64,000 nucleotides of DNA from Bacteroidales bacterium (GTDB lineage Bacteria; Bacteroidota; Bacteroidia; Bacteroidales; VadinHA17): contig JBEKDR010000033.1 of the NCBI GenBank assembly GCA_050014255.1, forward strand, positions 2,064 through 66,063. Reading direction: 5' to 3'. Each line of letters opens with the position of its first letter. The stretch's first letter is position 1. The position numbers and the translations under genes were made by a program. Positions 21,518 to 30,425 of this stretch are shown here, piece after piece. Below the pieces are notes generated by a model, which saw nothing but the letters and a program-made list of their open reading frames with translations, was not told where the DNA came from and made no database searches.

Positions 21518-22349
21518 TTTTCTTGTTTTTGTTGTACCGTTTGGCTGCTTTCACAGCGCCTAAAATATTCCCGATATAGAAACTTGCTGAAAGAGTGGCA
21601 AAAGTCCAGCCATAGGCGCTTTTTATTCCATGTTCACTAAATCCCCTGTAGGCTTGCCATGCATTGCCCGCAACAAACAACATTGAAAAAATACCATCAG
21701 TCCAATTCCTGGTGTAGAATTTTCCTGTTCCGGGGATGATGGCTGAGAAACTTCCGGCTATAAAAGGGCTTTTGAATTTAATATCAGTGGCTTTTTGAGT
21801 TAACTTGATGACAGCGGATGGAAATGCAGGGTAGCTTACAGCAGCATCTTTTGCTAAAAGACTGGCTTTCTTATAATTGCTGCTTAAAAGCAAGCTGTAG
21901 CATTGAAAAATTGCCTTATTTTCTACTGATAATTTGTTTTTCTGATTAACGAAATTTTCTACAACTGACAATGAATCTGTTAAAAGCTGCAATTTCACAA
22001 ATTCACTTGCCAGAATTTGTGGCATTGTATCAAGTGAATTTCCGTATAACAAATATATATGTTTGATTCCTGAATTTAAATCACCCGATAGCCTGTATGA
22101 TCTTATTAAGTTGTACTTAAAGTCGGTATTGCTCCTGTCAAAGAAAACCAGCCTCTCGTATTCCTCTGCTGCAAGCGAATATTGCTGACTGGAGAATAAA
22201 TATTCGGCATATTTTAGGCTATGTTCCAGATTATAAAGGTCCTGAGAATAGCTGATAAAAGGGTGTGAACCAAAAAATATGAGATTGATTACTATTATCA
22301 GGCGAACCCGATTAGTTTGCAGGAATTTTATAATTGTATATATTTTCAC
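21468..22349 (-). CDS. TPR-like protein with a C-terminal PGxGKxY membrane module (paralogue of 20663-21517)
   Basis: 293 aa. GTG start in the ORF track. C-terminal IIPGTGKFYTRNWTDGIFSMLFVAGNAW. Overlaps both neighbouring genes (38 and 50 nt). Confidence 0.5.
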   Translation of the reverse strand: MKIYTIIKFLQTNRVRLIIVINLIFFGSHPFISYSQDLYNLEHSLKYAEYLFSSQQYSLAAEEYERLVFFDRSNTDFKYNLIRSYRLSGDLNSGIKHIYLLYGNSLDTMPQILASEFVKLQLLTDSLSVVENFVNQKNKLSVENKAIFQCYSLLLSSNYKKASLLAKDAAVSYPAFPSAVIKLTQKATDIKFKSPFIAGSFSAIIPGTGKFYTRNWTDGIFSMLFVAGNAWQAYRGFSEHGIKSAYGWTFATLSASFYIGNILGAVKAAKRYNKNKKNEIDNQIFEFVRSDSF

Positions 22350-22989
22350 CAGATAAGTCGTTAATTAAGATATTAGTAAAAGTTGTAAGTTCATAAACTT
22401 TTTGCCCGTTGACATAATTCTCCTTTACTATTTCCTGTGGAAATAATAACCCTTTCACTTTTATATAGTTTCTGAAGAATTGCCTGGTAATAATTTCACC
22501 TGCATTATTTTTGAAGACAATTCCGTTAAGTTGTTGGTTTACATTCGACAGAAGTATGTCACCAAGATACTTTTTCGATTCTGCAGGAGGCTCCCAGGTA
22601 GAAATGACACTGCCATCGCCTTTTTCAACCTTTTTAATTTTGAATCTCGTTTTTCTTAAGCCATAATCAGCAAGGTTCCCGTTTAAGACCAGATTATAAA
22701 TGGAAAATTCAATCCCTGCCGGGATGTGTTGTTTGCTGACAACTTTTGAATCAACTATTTTATACAAAAGAGTATCTTTCTGAACCCATATTTCTTTTTC
22801 GGGGAAACTCACTCTGTAAATAATCTGTTTTACATTTTTATCATAAAATAATTCCCCGACAGTCAACTGCTGTTCACCGGTCGGAGATTTAGCTTTAATA
22901 ACGAAATCGGTCCTGATTCTGAAAAAATACTGAGGCTCTGTCTGGAGGAGTGAAAGAGGTAATAACAGTAAACTAATTAAATTTATCAC
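22312..22989 (-). CDS. Hypothetical secreted protein (possibly a LolA-like fold), first gene of the five-gene operon
   Basis: 225 aa, GTG start, N-terminal hydrophobic leader, beta-rich composition. The function is not supported by any motif. Confidence 0.4.
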   Translation of the reverse strand: MINLISLLLLPLSLLQTEPQYFFRIRTDFVIKAKSPTGEQQLTVGELFYDKNVKQIIYRVSFPEKEIWVQKDTLLYKIVDSKVVSKQHIPAGIEFSIYNLVLNGNLADYGLRKTRFKIKKVEKGDGSVISTWEPPAESKKYLGDILLSNVNQQLNGIVFKNNAGEIITRQFFRNYIKVKGLLFPQEIVKENYVNGQKVYELTTFTNILINDLSGENIYNYKIPAN

Positions 22990-23062
22990 ATTTAAGATTT
23001 TAAGGAAATTGATTCAGCTTGCAAATATGCCAAAAATAGAAATTACAACTTAAAATCTCATA

Positions 23063-23111
23063 TTTTACAAACAAAAAGAGTATACCAAAAAAATATTTTG
23101 ATATACTCTTT
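23063..23111 (-). terminator. Rho-independent terminator of 23126-23569
   Basis: A 10-bp stem (23075-23084 pairs with 23102-23111) is followed on the minus strand by TTGTTTGT. Confidence 0.5.
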
Positions 23112-23125
23112 ATTTTTAGTTTTAG

Positions 23126-23569
23126 CTAGATTCCGCTACCGCCCCAAATTGAACCCCACCAAACAACGTCAACGATCACAACAACAGCAGTCCATGTTAT
23201 ACAACCCCAGAATGCTTTCTTTGTCTCATCCATGTTTTTATCGCTGACAAGATATACCACCAAAATACCAACTACACCAAGTCCGCATCCCCACAAGAAT
23301 GAAGGTATACCAAGAACCGGATTTTTTGTGCCATCAGGAAGGGCACTTTCCGGAACAAGCTTTAAAGATGTAACGAGATTCCCATCTGCAAGCAACAATG
23401 CGCTATAGGTAAGATCTTTGTTTGATGTAACCATAGTTGCAAGCTGATTCAGCTGAGTAAACTCTGCCTGAACAGCGTTGTAATCTAATTTGAATAAATC
23501 GGCATCATTTGCAAATATGGTAAAACCTGCAAAAAACACCAGAAAAACTGAGACAAGTAATTTTTTCAT
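23126..23569 (-). CDS. Hypothetical small membrane protein (signal peptide plus two C-terminal TM helices)
   Basis: 147-aa ORF with a Trp/Gly-rich C-terminus. No recognisable family. Confidence 0.5.
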   Translation of the reverse strand: MKKLLVSVFLVFFAGFTIFANDADLFKLDYNAVQAEFTQLNQLATMVTSNKDLTYSALLLADGNLVTSLKLVPESALPDGTKNPVLGIPSFLWGCGLGVVGILVVYLVSDKNMDETKKAFWGCITWTAVVVIVDVVWWGSIWGGSGI

Positions 23570-23843
23570 AGGCTAGTAGATAATAAATAATTAAAATATT
23601 AAATTTATAATTCAATTAATTTTAGACAGTTAATCCGCTCAAAAAGCAATAAAATATGCCTATTTCGCATGCCAACTTCCCAGCGTCTTTCTTTTATAAA
23701 AATATCACATAGTTTTAAAATATCCTAATTTTCAAAATAAGTTTATTATATTCAGAAATCAAAACATTAGAAATTAACAATTTATTTTTTCTGCCGTATT
23801 TATCCGATGCGGCCTAATAATCTTATCAAAAAATCAATATTTT

Positions 23844-23874
23844 TTTGGTAATTGCTCTTAAAATGTTAAATTTG
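23844..23874 (+). promoter_or_regulatory. Bacteroidetes-type promoter (TTTG-N19-TAAATTTG) upstream of the tRNA-like repeat array
   Basis: TTTG at 23844-23847, a 19-nt spacer, and TAAATTTG at 23867-23874 match the TTTG / TAnnTTTG consensus. It ends 14 nt before repeat unit 1. Confidence 0.5.
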
Positions 23875-23888
23875 CACCTCAATTAAAC

Positions 23889-24152
23889 TGCGGGGTGGTC
23901 CGCCGGCTGGCGGACGTTGGGCTCATATCCGCCGGGTGGCGGACGGTGGTTCGGAAATGTTCTTTTGAAAATATATTGCGGGGTGGTCCGCCGGCTGGCG
24001 GACGTTGGGCTCATATCCGCCGGCTGGCGGACGGAGGTTCAGAAAAGTTCTTTTGAAAATATATTGCGGGGTGGTCCGCCGGCTGGCGGACGTTGGGCTC
24101 ATATCCGCCGGCTGGCGGACGGTGGTTCGGAAATGTTCTTTTGAAAATATAT
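23889..24152 (+). repeat. Three tandem 88-bp tRNA-Met-like pseudo-units, each carrying two CCGCC-NNNN-GGCGG palindromes
   Basis: Units at 23889, 23977 and 24065, with the genuine tRNA starting at 24153 in the same 88-bp register. Units share TGCGGGGTGG and GTTGGGCTCATA with the tRNA. Units 1 and 3 differ by 1 nt. Confidence 0.9.
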
Positions 24153-24224
<72 letters not shown>

Positions 24225-24230
24225 CAAAGA

Positions 24231-24267
24231 AAAGCCATGGCGCTTAGCGCCACGGCTTTTTTGTTTT
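24231..24267 (+). terminator. Rho-independent terminator after tRNA-Met
   Basis: GCCATGGCGC-TTA-GCGCCACGGC (9 of 10 bp paired) followed by TTTTTTGTTTT. Confidence 0.75.
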
Positions 24268-24898
24268 CAGCCTCGTCAGGAACTTCTTCCTGTAAGAGGA
24301 TGGAAACAAAAAAGCTGCAGCTATGCGCAGCATAGCGTGGCTTTTTCTTTGTTAAGCACCCCCCAGGAGGATCAAGCCGAACGTAGTGAGGCTTAATCCT
24401 CCTCATATTCAACCCCGCCGGGGTTGATAAATTGTTTCCTGTTCTTACCACGGACGTTACCGTGACTATTGGAATCTCCACCTCTGCAGTCAGGCCCCTC
24501 ACTAAAATTAGCCAAAAGGCTAATTTATTAACGTTCGGGCCTCTCCGGCATTATGAATTCAATTTCATCGCAAATCTTTACAGGCTTTTTCTTTGTTAAG
24601 CACCTCAAGAGTATCACGCGACCCACCGGATGGCGGAGAGCGTAATCCTTCAAGTTTCTTACCCCCAAACCCACCCAGGGGCTTAAACTTGCTTTGAAAA
24701 GGTTTGTATTATCATTTTTCATTTTTAGCTTTTCTTTAAAATATTTCTCCTTTACATGCGTCTCTTGATTAGAAAATCTCTTTCTTGAAGTAAACGGAAA
24801 AGAGAACTATTAAAACTGAAATAATAACAAGTCAGTAAAATGAACATAATCAAAACCGCCGTCAACAAGTGAGCAATGCAATATAATATAAAGATAAT

Positions 24899-25048
24899 AT
24901 GAGACTTACAATTTTTGGAGCGACTGGGCAGACCGGGAAGCCACTTGTCACTCAGGCATTAGATGCAGCTTCCTTTATGCTTAATGAAATAAAAGAATCG
25001 AAATATATAAAACATACACCTGTAATTTTCAATCATAATAAAAGGTAA
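24899..25048 (+). pseudogene. Internally deleted relic of an NAD(P)H-binding SDR (NmrA/flavin-reductase-like)
   Basis: A 49-codon ORF joins an SDR N-terminus (MRLTIFGATGQTGKPLVTQAL) directly to a typical C-terminal tail (FMLNEIKESKYIKHTP). The ~150 residues expected in between are missing. Confidence 0.55.
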
Positions 25049-25056
25049 AAACGACC

Positions 25057-25257
25057 ATGATTACAGCTAGAACAAATGCACGCATTTTTGACAGAGGGAG
25101 CGTCATTGACGACCACATCGCAGTGATTCAGGGGGAAAGAATTCAGAGTGTTGGTGGAGTTGTACTGACCGGGGCGAGCGTCAAGGCTCTCCATAATGCG
25201 GGAGTGGACATTTTGTTATTTGTTGAGCAGAAATTTAAAGAGTTGAAGTATTATTAA
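25057..25257 (+). pseudogene. Internally deleted, truncated copy of the amidohydrolase gene at 30426-31631
   Basis: Codons 1-40 align to codons 1-40 of 30426-31631 (MITARTNARIFDRGSVIDDHIAV... versus MLTAITNAHIFDGESVIDDHIVV...). It then jumps to the segment SVRALHSAGVDIL (31299 onward). Confidence 0.8.
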
Positions 25258-26153
25258 TCCAGGAGATTATATTTTCGAAGAAAATCATCTGCAACCTTAA
25301 GTATTTCATCGTCAAAGTAGCGTGAATATTTTGGGTTTCCCTCTCCCAGATAGTGCCTCCTTCCCTCGTATGTGTGCAGCTCAAAATAATTACCTGCCTT
25401 TTTCATGTCACTTTCAAAGAATTGAACAGTCCAGACAGGGACCTGGTCATCATACTCGCCATGGAACTCGATCATTGGAGGCATTCCTCTTTTTATATTA
25501 TGGGCTGGAGAGATACTCCATATTTTATTCCGGCGGTCGCCAAGCAAACGGTCGCACCAGCCTTCCACTGCATTTACGCATGCTGAAAACAGCAGAATTG
25601 CATCCGGGCGGCAGCTTATGCTGAGGTTATCTGATTTTTCACTGTAATCATCAATCATCGCTGTGCTTAATGCCAGGTGACCTCCTGCAGACTGACCGGC
25701 AGCAACTATTTTATTTTTGCCAATATGGAATTTCCCGGCATTTTCCCGAACCCATCTCATGGCCGATTTTGCATCCATTACAGATTCGATCGGGCTGATC
25801 AATTTATTTGGTGTTACCCCATTTTCAATTGACAAGCGATAATCTACAGAATACGCAACAATCCCCATTCTTGCATATCGTTCACAGGTAGTAAAGAACT
25901 CACTTGGGGTTCCAAAGGCCCAACCCCCTCCATGGAAGAAAACAATAGCTGTATTATTTTCTCTTTCAAACGATTGATTTGTATAAAATATGTCAACCTT
26001 AAGTTTGAATGTGTCAACTGTTTTGTAAACTTCCTGTATATGAATAACCTGGTCATCGTTTTCAACTTTATCAGTCAGGGTCCGCTCTCCTCTGATGACA
26101 GAATGGGTCAAAAAAGATAAGCACAGGAAAATGATAATGAAAAGGTTTTTCAT
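25254..26153 (-). CDS. Alpha/beta-hydrolase esterase/lipase (HSL-like family) with a signal peptide
   Basis: 299 aa. Oxyanion-hole HGGGW (FFHGGGWAFG) and nucleophile elbow GQSAGG. Confidence 0.8.
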   Translation of the reverse strand: MKNLFIIIFLCLSFLTHSVIRGERTLTDKVENDDQVIHIQEVYKTVDTFKLKVDIFYTNQSFERENNTAIVFFHGGGWAFGTPSEFFTTCERYARMGIVAYSVDYRLSIENGVTPNKLISPIESVMDAKSAMRWVRENAGKFHIGKNKIVAAGQSAGGHLALSTAMIDDYSEKSDNLSISCRPDAILLFSACVNAVEGWCDRLLGDRRNKIWSISPAHNIKRGMPPMIEFHGEYDDQVPVWTVQFFESDMKKAGNYFELHTYEGRRHYLGEGNPKYSRYFDDEILKVADDFLRKYNLLD

Positions 26154-26375
26154 GAAGATTTAGGTTTTATTGTTGTTGGTTACCATTAATTAGTGTTTAT
26201 TGGTCATTCTTATTATTGCGCCAATCAAATATCGAGAAAATAATTTAAAAATTGACAAATAACCTTGTCTGCCAGTCATTGCTCCAGGTTGATCCGGAAT
26301 ACATTTATTTGTCTCTTTGAGTATAATAATTATTCTATTTATGCTAAATTTAGATAAGTTTAAAAATCCGAATAA

Positions 26376-28562
26376 ATGATTAACCAGTCTTTTTCACGAA
26401 GAGAATTTGTAAAGCTTTTTACCGGAGGAACAGCCGTGGTGCTCATCTCCTTTAATACTGCCTGCAAAAACAAAATCAGTCAATGGCATTATCTTGATGA
26501 AAAAGAGATTACACTGCTGGATGCGATTGTTGAACAGATAATTCCAGCTGATGATTTTCCTGGTGGCAAATGGGCAAATGTGTCAAATTTTATTGATAAG
26601 CAACTTAACACTTATTACAGTAAGCATCAGCCTGAATATAGGGAGGGTCTCGCTGCCTTTGAAAAAACTGTAATTCAGATGATGGGTAAAAAGTTTGAAG
26701 AACTTTCTTTTACAGAACAGACGGCATTACTTGAGAAGATGGAAGCGGGTGAATTTTCCGACGGTTATTGGAAGGACCACCCGTCAGCAAATTTCTTTGA
26801 TATGGTCAGACAGCATTCTTTGCAGGGTTTTTATGGAAGTCCCGGCCATGGAGGAAACCGGGAATATATCAGCTATCGTATGCTTGGAATTGATTATCCT
26901 AAAGTTATAAATAAACATGTAAATGCTGTTGTGATCGGTGCCGGAGCAGGTGGTGGGGTAGTAGCAAAGGAACTCTCTGTTGGAGGTCTCACAGTGGTAC
27001 TCTTTGAACGTGGAAGATGGCATACCTACGATGAACATGGCGATGATGAATTGACTTCTCAACGGACTTTTCCTCTCAAATGCGGCTTTGGTCCGGATAA
27101 TGATCGCAACTGGAGAATGGCTCCTGATGGAAAGAATGGCTGGAGAAAAGTTTTCCCGAACGAATGGAGCTATGGAAATAATGCAGCATGTGTTGGCAGC
27201 GGGACCGTTAGTTATGGAGCTATGGCATGGAGATATCAGCCTGAAGACTTTCAGCTTAAAACCAAATATGGTGTGGTGCCCGGAAGCACTCTGGATGACT
27301 GGCCTTTGAGCTACGATGAACTTGAACCTTACTATGAGAAAGCTGAATATGAATTAGGCGTATCCGGAGACCCCACAAACGATCCTTATGTACCGCCAAG
27401 AAAAAAACCTTATCCAATGCCTGCCTTTTCATTTAACAGGGAAGGAATCATTCTGGAAAAGGCTGCAAAAAGACTGGGTTTGCATCCTTTCCCAATACCA
27501 ATGCTAAGAAATTCAGTGCCCTATAATGGTCGCTCTGCATGCATCCGCATGCGAACATGTGTAGGTTTTGCTTGTCCTGTGGGCGCAAAGGCTGGCACAC
27601 AGAATACAGTAATTCCTGTTGCATTAAAAACAGGTAATTGTGAACTTCGGATAAATTGCATGGTTAGTGAAATTATAGTCGATGACAGGGGCAAAGCCAG
27701 GGGAGTCAAATATTTTGATCCAGATAACAGACTTCAGGAACAAACTTCGGACCTTGTGGTTGTGTCAGCTTCCGCCAGTGAAACTGCAAGACTTCTGTTA
27801 AATTCCAAATCGAAGTTATTTCCTGATGGAGCAGGAAATAATAATGGCTGGGTAGGGAAGAATATCCAGGATCATGCATATACAGGAGCTTATGGTCTTT
27901 TTAAGGATGAAGTTTATGATGATGTGGGCCCCGGGGCCTGCATAGCAATAAATGATTTCAACCATCGCTTTCCGGATATTATTGGGGGCGGTGTGCTGTG
28001 CAATGAATTTATCCGAATGCCATATCAGTTCACATCAATACGCCCTTCGGGCAGCAGGATGTGGGGAAAGAATCATAAAGCTTTTCAGAAGCAGTACTTT
28101 AAAAGACATATAGCCGTACATGGACCCGTACAAGAAATACCGGTATTTAATAAGATGGTTGAAGTAGATCCTGTAGTAAAGGATTTCTGGGGGATACCTG
28201 TTGCAAGAATCAGTGGTTTCAGGCACGATAATGATATTAAAGTAGCACATTTCCTTGCTGATAAAGCAGAAAAATGGCTTAAGGAAGCAGGGGCGATACA
28301 AACATGGCAATCTGTTCCGGGTAAGGAGAGCACTCCCAGCCAGCATCAGAGTGGGACCTGTCGTATGGGCAATGATCCAAAAACCTCCGTAACCAACAGG
28401 TATGGCCAACTGCATGAAATCGACAATATCTTCATTGCAGACGGAAGCCTTCATGTTAACAATGGTGGTTATAACCCAGCGCTTACAATACTTACTCTTG
28501 GTTATTGGGTTGGAAAGCATATTACAGAAAACTGGAAGGGGACAAAAATGAACCAATTTTAA
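26376..28562 (+). CDS. Tat-signal fusion of a gluconate-2-dehydrogenase subunit-3-like domain with a GMC-family FAD oxidoreductase
   Basis: 728 aa. Twin-arginine motif SRREFVK followed by a Cys (FNTAC). The N-terminal ~175 aa resemble the small gamma subunit (LLDAIVEQIIPADDFPGGKWANVSNFID). Then come the FAD fold VVIGAGAGGGVVAKEL...ERG and GMC C-terminal HQSGTCRMG. Confidence 0.75.
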   Translation: MINQSFSRREFVKLFTGGTAVVLISFNTACKNKISQWHYLDEKEITLLDAIVEQIIPADDFPGGKWANVSNFIDKQLNTYYSKHQPEYREGLAAFEKTVIQMMGKKFEELSFTEQTALLEKMEAGEFSDGYWKDHPSANFFDMVRQHSLQGFYGSPGHGGNREYISYRMLGIDYPKVINKHVNAVVIGAGAGGGVVAKELSVGGLTVVLFERGRWHTYDEHGDDELTSQRTFPLKCGFGPDNDRNWRMAPDGKNGWRKVFPNEWSYGNNAACVGSGTVSYGAMAWRYQPEDFQLKTKYGVVPGSTLDDWPLSYDELEPYYEKAEYELGVSGDPTNDPYVPPRKKPYPMPAFSFNREGIILEKAAKRLGLHPFPIPMLRNSVPYNGRSACIRMRTCVGFACPVGAKAGTQNTVIPVALKTGNCELRINCMVSEIIVDDRGKARGVKYFDPDNRLQEQTSDLVVVSASASETARLLLNSKSKLFPDGAGNNNGWVGKNIQDHAYTGAYGLFKDEVYDDVGPGACIAINDFNHRFPDIIGGGVLCNEFIRMPYQFTSIRPSGSRMWGKNHKAFQKQYFKRHIAVHGPVQEIPVFNKMVEVDPVVKDFWGIPVARISGFRHDNDIKVAHFLADKAEKWLKEAGAIQTWQSVPGKESTPSQHQSGTCRMGNDPKTSVTNRYGQLHEIDNIFIADGSLHVNNGGYNPALTILTLGYWVGKHITENWKGTKMNQF

Positions 28563-28577
28563 AGAATACCTGGCCAA

Positions 28578-29636
28578 ATGAAAAGGATTATCATTATAAG
28601 CTCAAGTCTGCTTTTGTTATTTGTGGCATTTCTTGCTTATTACTCTCACTGGAATTCAGCCTCGCCAACAAAGACCTGCGCAAGTTGTCATGAAATTTTG
28701 CATTCGGTCGATCTTTGGACAGAATCAGCCCACAGGAACATAGCCTGCAAGGAGTGCCATGGTACAGCCCTAAGCGAAGGGATACATAGTCTGAAAGAAA
28801 AGGGAGCCATGGTTTTTCATCATATCGGAAAAATAAAACCTGACAATGTAAAAATTTCAGAGGTTCAGCGTCTTGAGGTAATGCAAAGGTGTAAAAGCTG
28901 TCATCAGACCGAGTACGCTAAATGGAATTCGGGCGGACATGCTATGAACTACTCCGGGGTTTTTTTAAATTCCGTTCATAATAAAGCTGAAACCATTAAT
29001 GAAGATTGCCTTCGCTGCCATGGTATGTTCTATGACGAAGGCACCGTTATTGATATTGTCGAACCACTTAATATTACCGGCCCCTGGAAACTTAAAAATG
29101 TCAGCCTCGCAGGTCGTCCTGCAATTCCTTGTTTCGCCTGTCACCAGGTTCATAAGCCGGGCACTCCCGAAATAAGGCAGAATCTTGAAACGCCTTCTTC
29201 CCTGCATTATTCAAGGGTGAAAAAAACACTTGCCTCATTCTATTACAGACGAGATAGCTTGTACTTTCCGGTATTAATGCTTACTCCTCCTAAGATAAAT
29301 TACCGGACAATGTCAGTTAAAATGTCACAAGATCCAAATCAAAGCTTATGTTTTCAGTGCCATTCACCGAATGCATTCAATATGGCAGGTACGGATGATG
29401 ATCGCACTCCCAGGGGAGTTCATGAAGGAATTAGCTGCCTGGCATGTCATGATTCACATTCCAACTCAGCAATAGCTTCCTGTAAAAATTGCCACCCGGC
29501 TATTTCCAACTGCAAACTGGATGTGGAGAAGATGAATACCTCCTACAAAGACCAGACAAGTAAAAATAACATCCATTTTGTTGCATGTACAGACTGCCAC
29601 AGTAAGGGAAGGCCGACAAAACCAACTAATCCATAA
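28578..29636 (+). CDS. Membrane-anchored nonaheme c-type cytochrome (NapC/NrfH-like N-terminus)
   Basis: 352 aa. One N-terminal TM helix and nine CxxCH motifs (CASCH, CKECH, CKSCH, CLRCH, CFACH, CFQCH, CLACH, CKNCH, CTDCH). It starts 15 nt after the dehydrogenase stop. Confidence 0.85.
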   Translation: MKRIIIISSSLLLLFVAFLAYYSHWNSASPTKTCASCHEILHSVDLWTESAHRNIACKECHGTALSEGIHSLKEKGAMVFHHIGKIKPDNVKISEVQRLEVMQRCKSCHQTEYAKWNSGGHAMNYSGVFLNSVHNKAETINEDCLRCHGMFYDEGTVIDIVEPLNITGPWKLKNVSLAGRPAIPCFACHQVHKPGTPEIRQNLETPSSLHYSRVKKTLASFYYRRDSLYFPVLMLTPPKINYRTMSVKMSQDPNQSLCFQCHSPNAFNMAGTDDDRTPRGVHEGISCLACHDSHSNSAIASCKNCHPAISNCKLDVEKMNTSYKDQTSKNNIHFVACTDCHSKGRPTKPTNP

Positions 29637-29811
29637 ATGTGTTCCGTAACGATAACAGTAACCCCATCCTGACCTGGGATCGAATCTGTTTTGATAAGGT
29701 TTGTAATATTTTTTTGGATTTTTAGCTTTTCTTTAAAATATTTCTCGGGTTCATTCGTCTATCAATTTAAAGACAATAAACTCAAATGATAATTTATATT
29801 AAATAAAAAAG

Positions 29812-30402
29812 ATGAAAGAAAAACCTGGCCCACCGGCTACTAATATAGAATTTGACAAAGCATACAGTTCCTTACTCCACTGGATGTGGAGCGATATAAG
29901 AATTCCTAAGGAACTTAAAGAACTTGTTACAATCAATAAACCCAAAAATTCATTAGAGTTAGGTTGCGGACTTGGTCGATTTTCTTCCTTTATGTCAGCA
30001 CAAGGAATTAAAGCAACAGGAATTGACTTTTCTTCCGTTGCAATAGAGAATGCTAAGAAAAGAGTTGCCAGCGATAAATACAAACCGACATTTTTAGTGG
30101 GCGATGTGACCAATTTAGAAATGTTTAACGAACAGTTTGATGTTTCCTTTGATGTTGGTTGTTTTCACTGCTTGAATGAAGAAGGACAGAAAAGATATGT
30201 TGAAGAGGTTTACAGATTATTAAATTCTGGTGCTATACATTTACTTTGGGCGTTAGATAATTCACCCGGCAATATTAAATTAAATCCAAATTACATTTCC
30301 AATGTTTTTGGAAGCCATTTTCAATTGACAAAATCAAAATTTAGTGGGAGAAGAATTATATTTGTTGCATCACACTGGTATTGGCTTGTTCGTAAAAAAT
30401 AA
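29812..30402 (+). CDS. Class I SAM-dependent methyltransferase
   Basis: 196 aa. Motif I LELGCGLGRFS and post-I GIDFS. Confidence 0.75.
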   Translation: MKEKPGPPATNIEFDKAYSSLLHWMWSDIRIPKELKELVTINKPKNSLELGCGLGRFSSFMSAQGIKATGIDFSSVAIENAKKRVASDKYKPTFLVGDVTNLEMFNEQFDVSFDVGCFHCLNEEGQKRYVEEVYRLLNSGAIHLLWALDNSPGNIKLNPNYISNVFGSHFQLTKSKFSGRRIIFVASHWYWLVRKK

Positions 30403-30425
30403 TCCTCCTAAATGGAAAAACAACT

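Noticed and set aside
23889-24152. Possible CRISPR array (regular repeats with GC-rich palindromes)
   Set aside because: The 88-bp units are contiguous and near-identical over their whole length, so there are no unique spacers. The period and content derive from the adjacent tRNA, and no cas genes are in the window.
28035-28577. 180-aa minus-strand ORF inside the GMC oxidoreductase gene; also 29799-30113 and 30356-30751 opposite the methyltransferase and amidohydrolase genes
   Set aside because: Each is fully embedded antisense to an ORF with strong family motifs, and none has a recognisable motif of its own.
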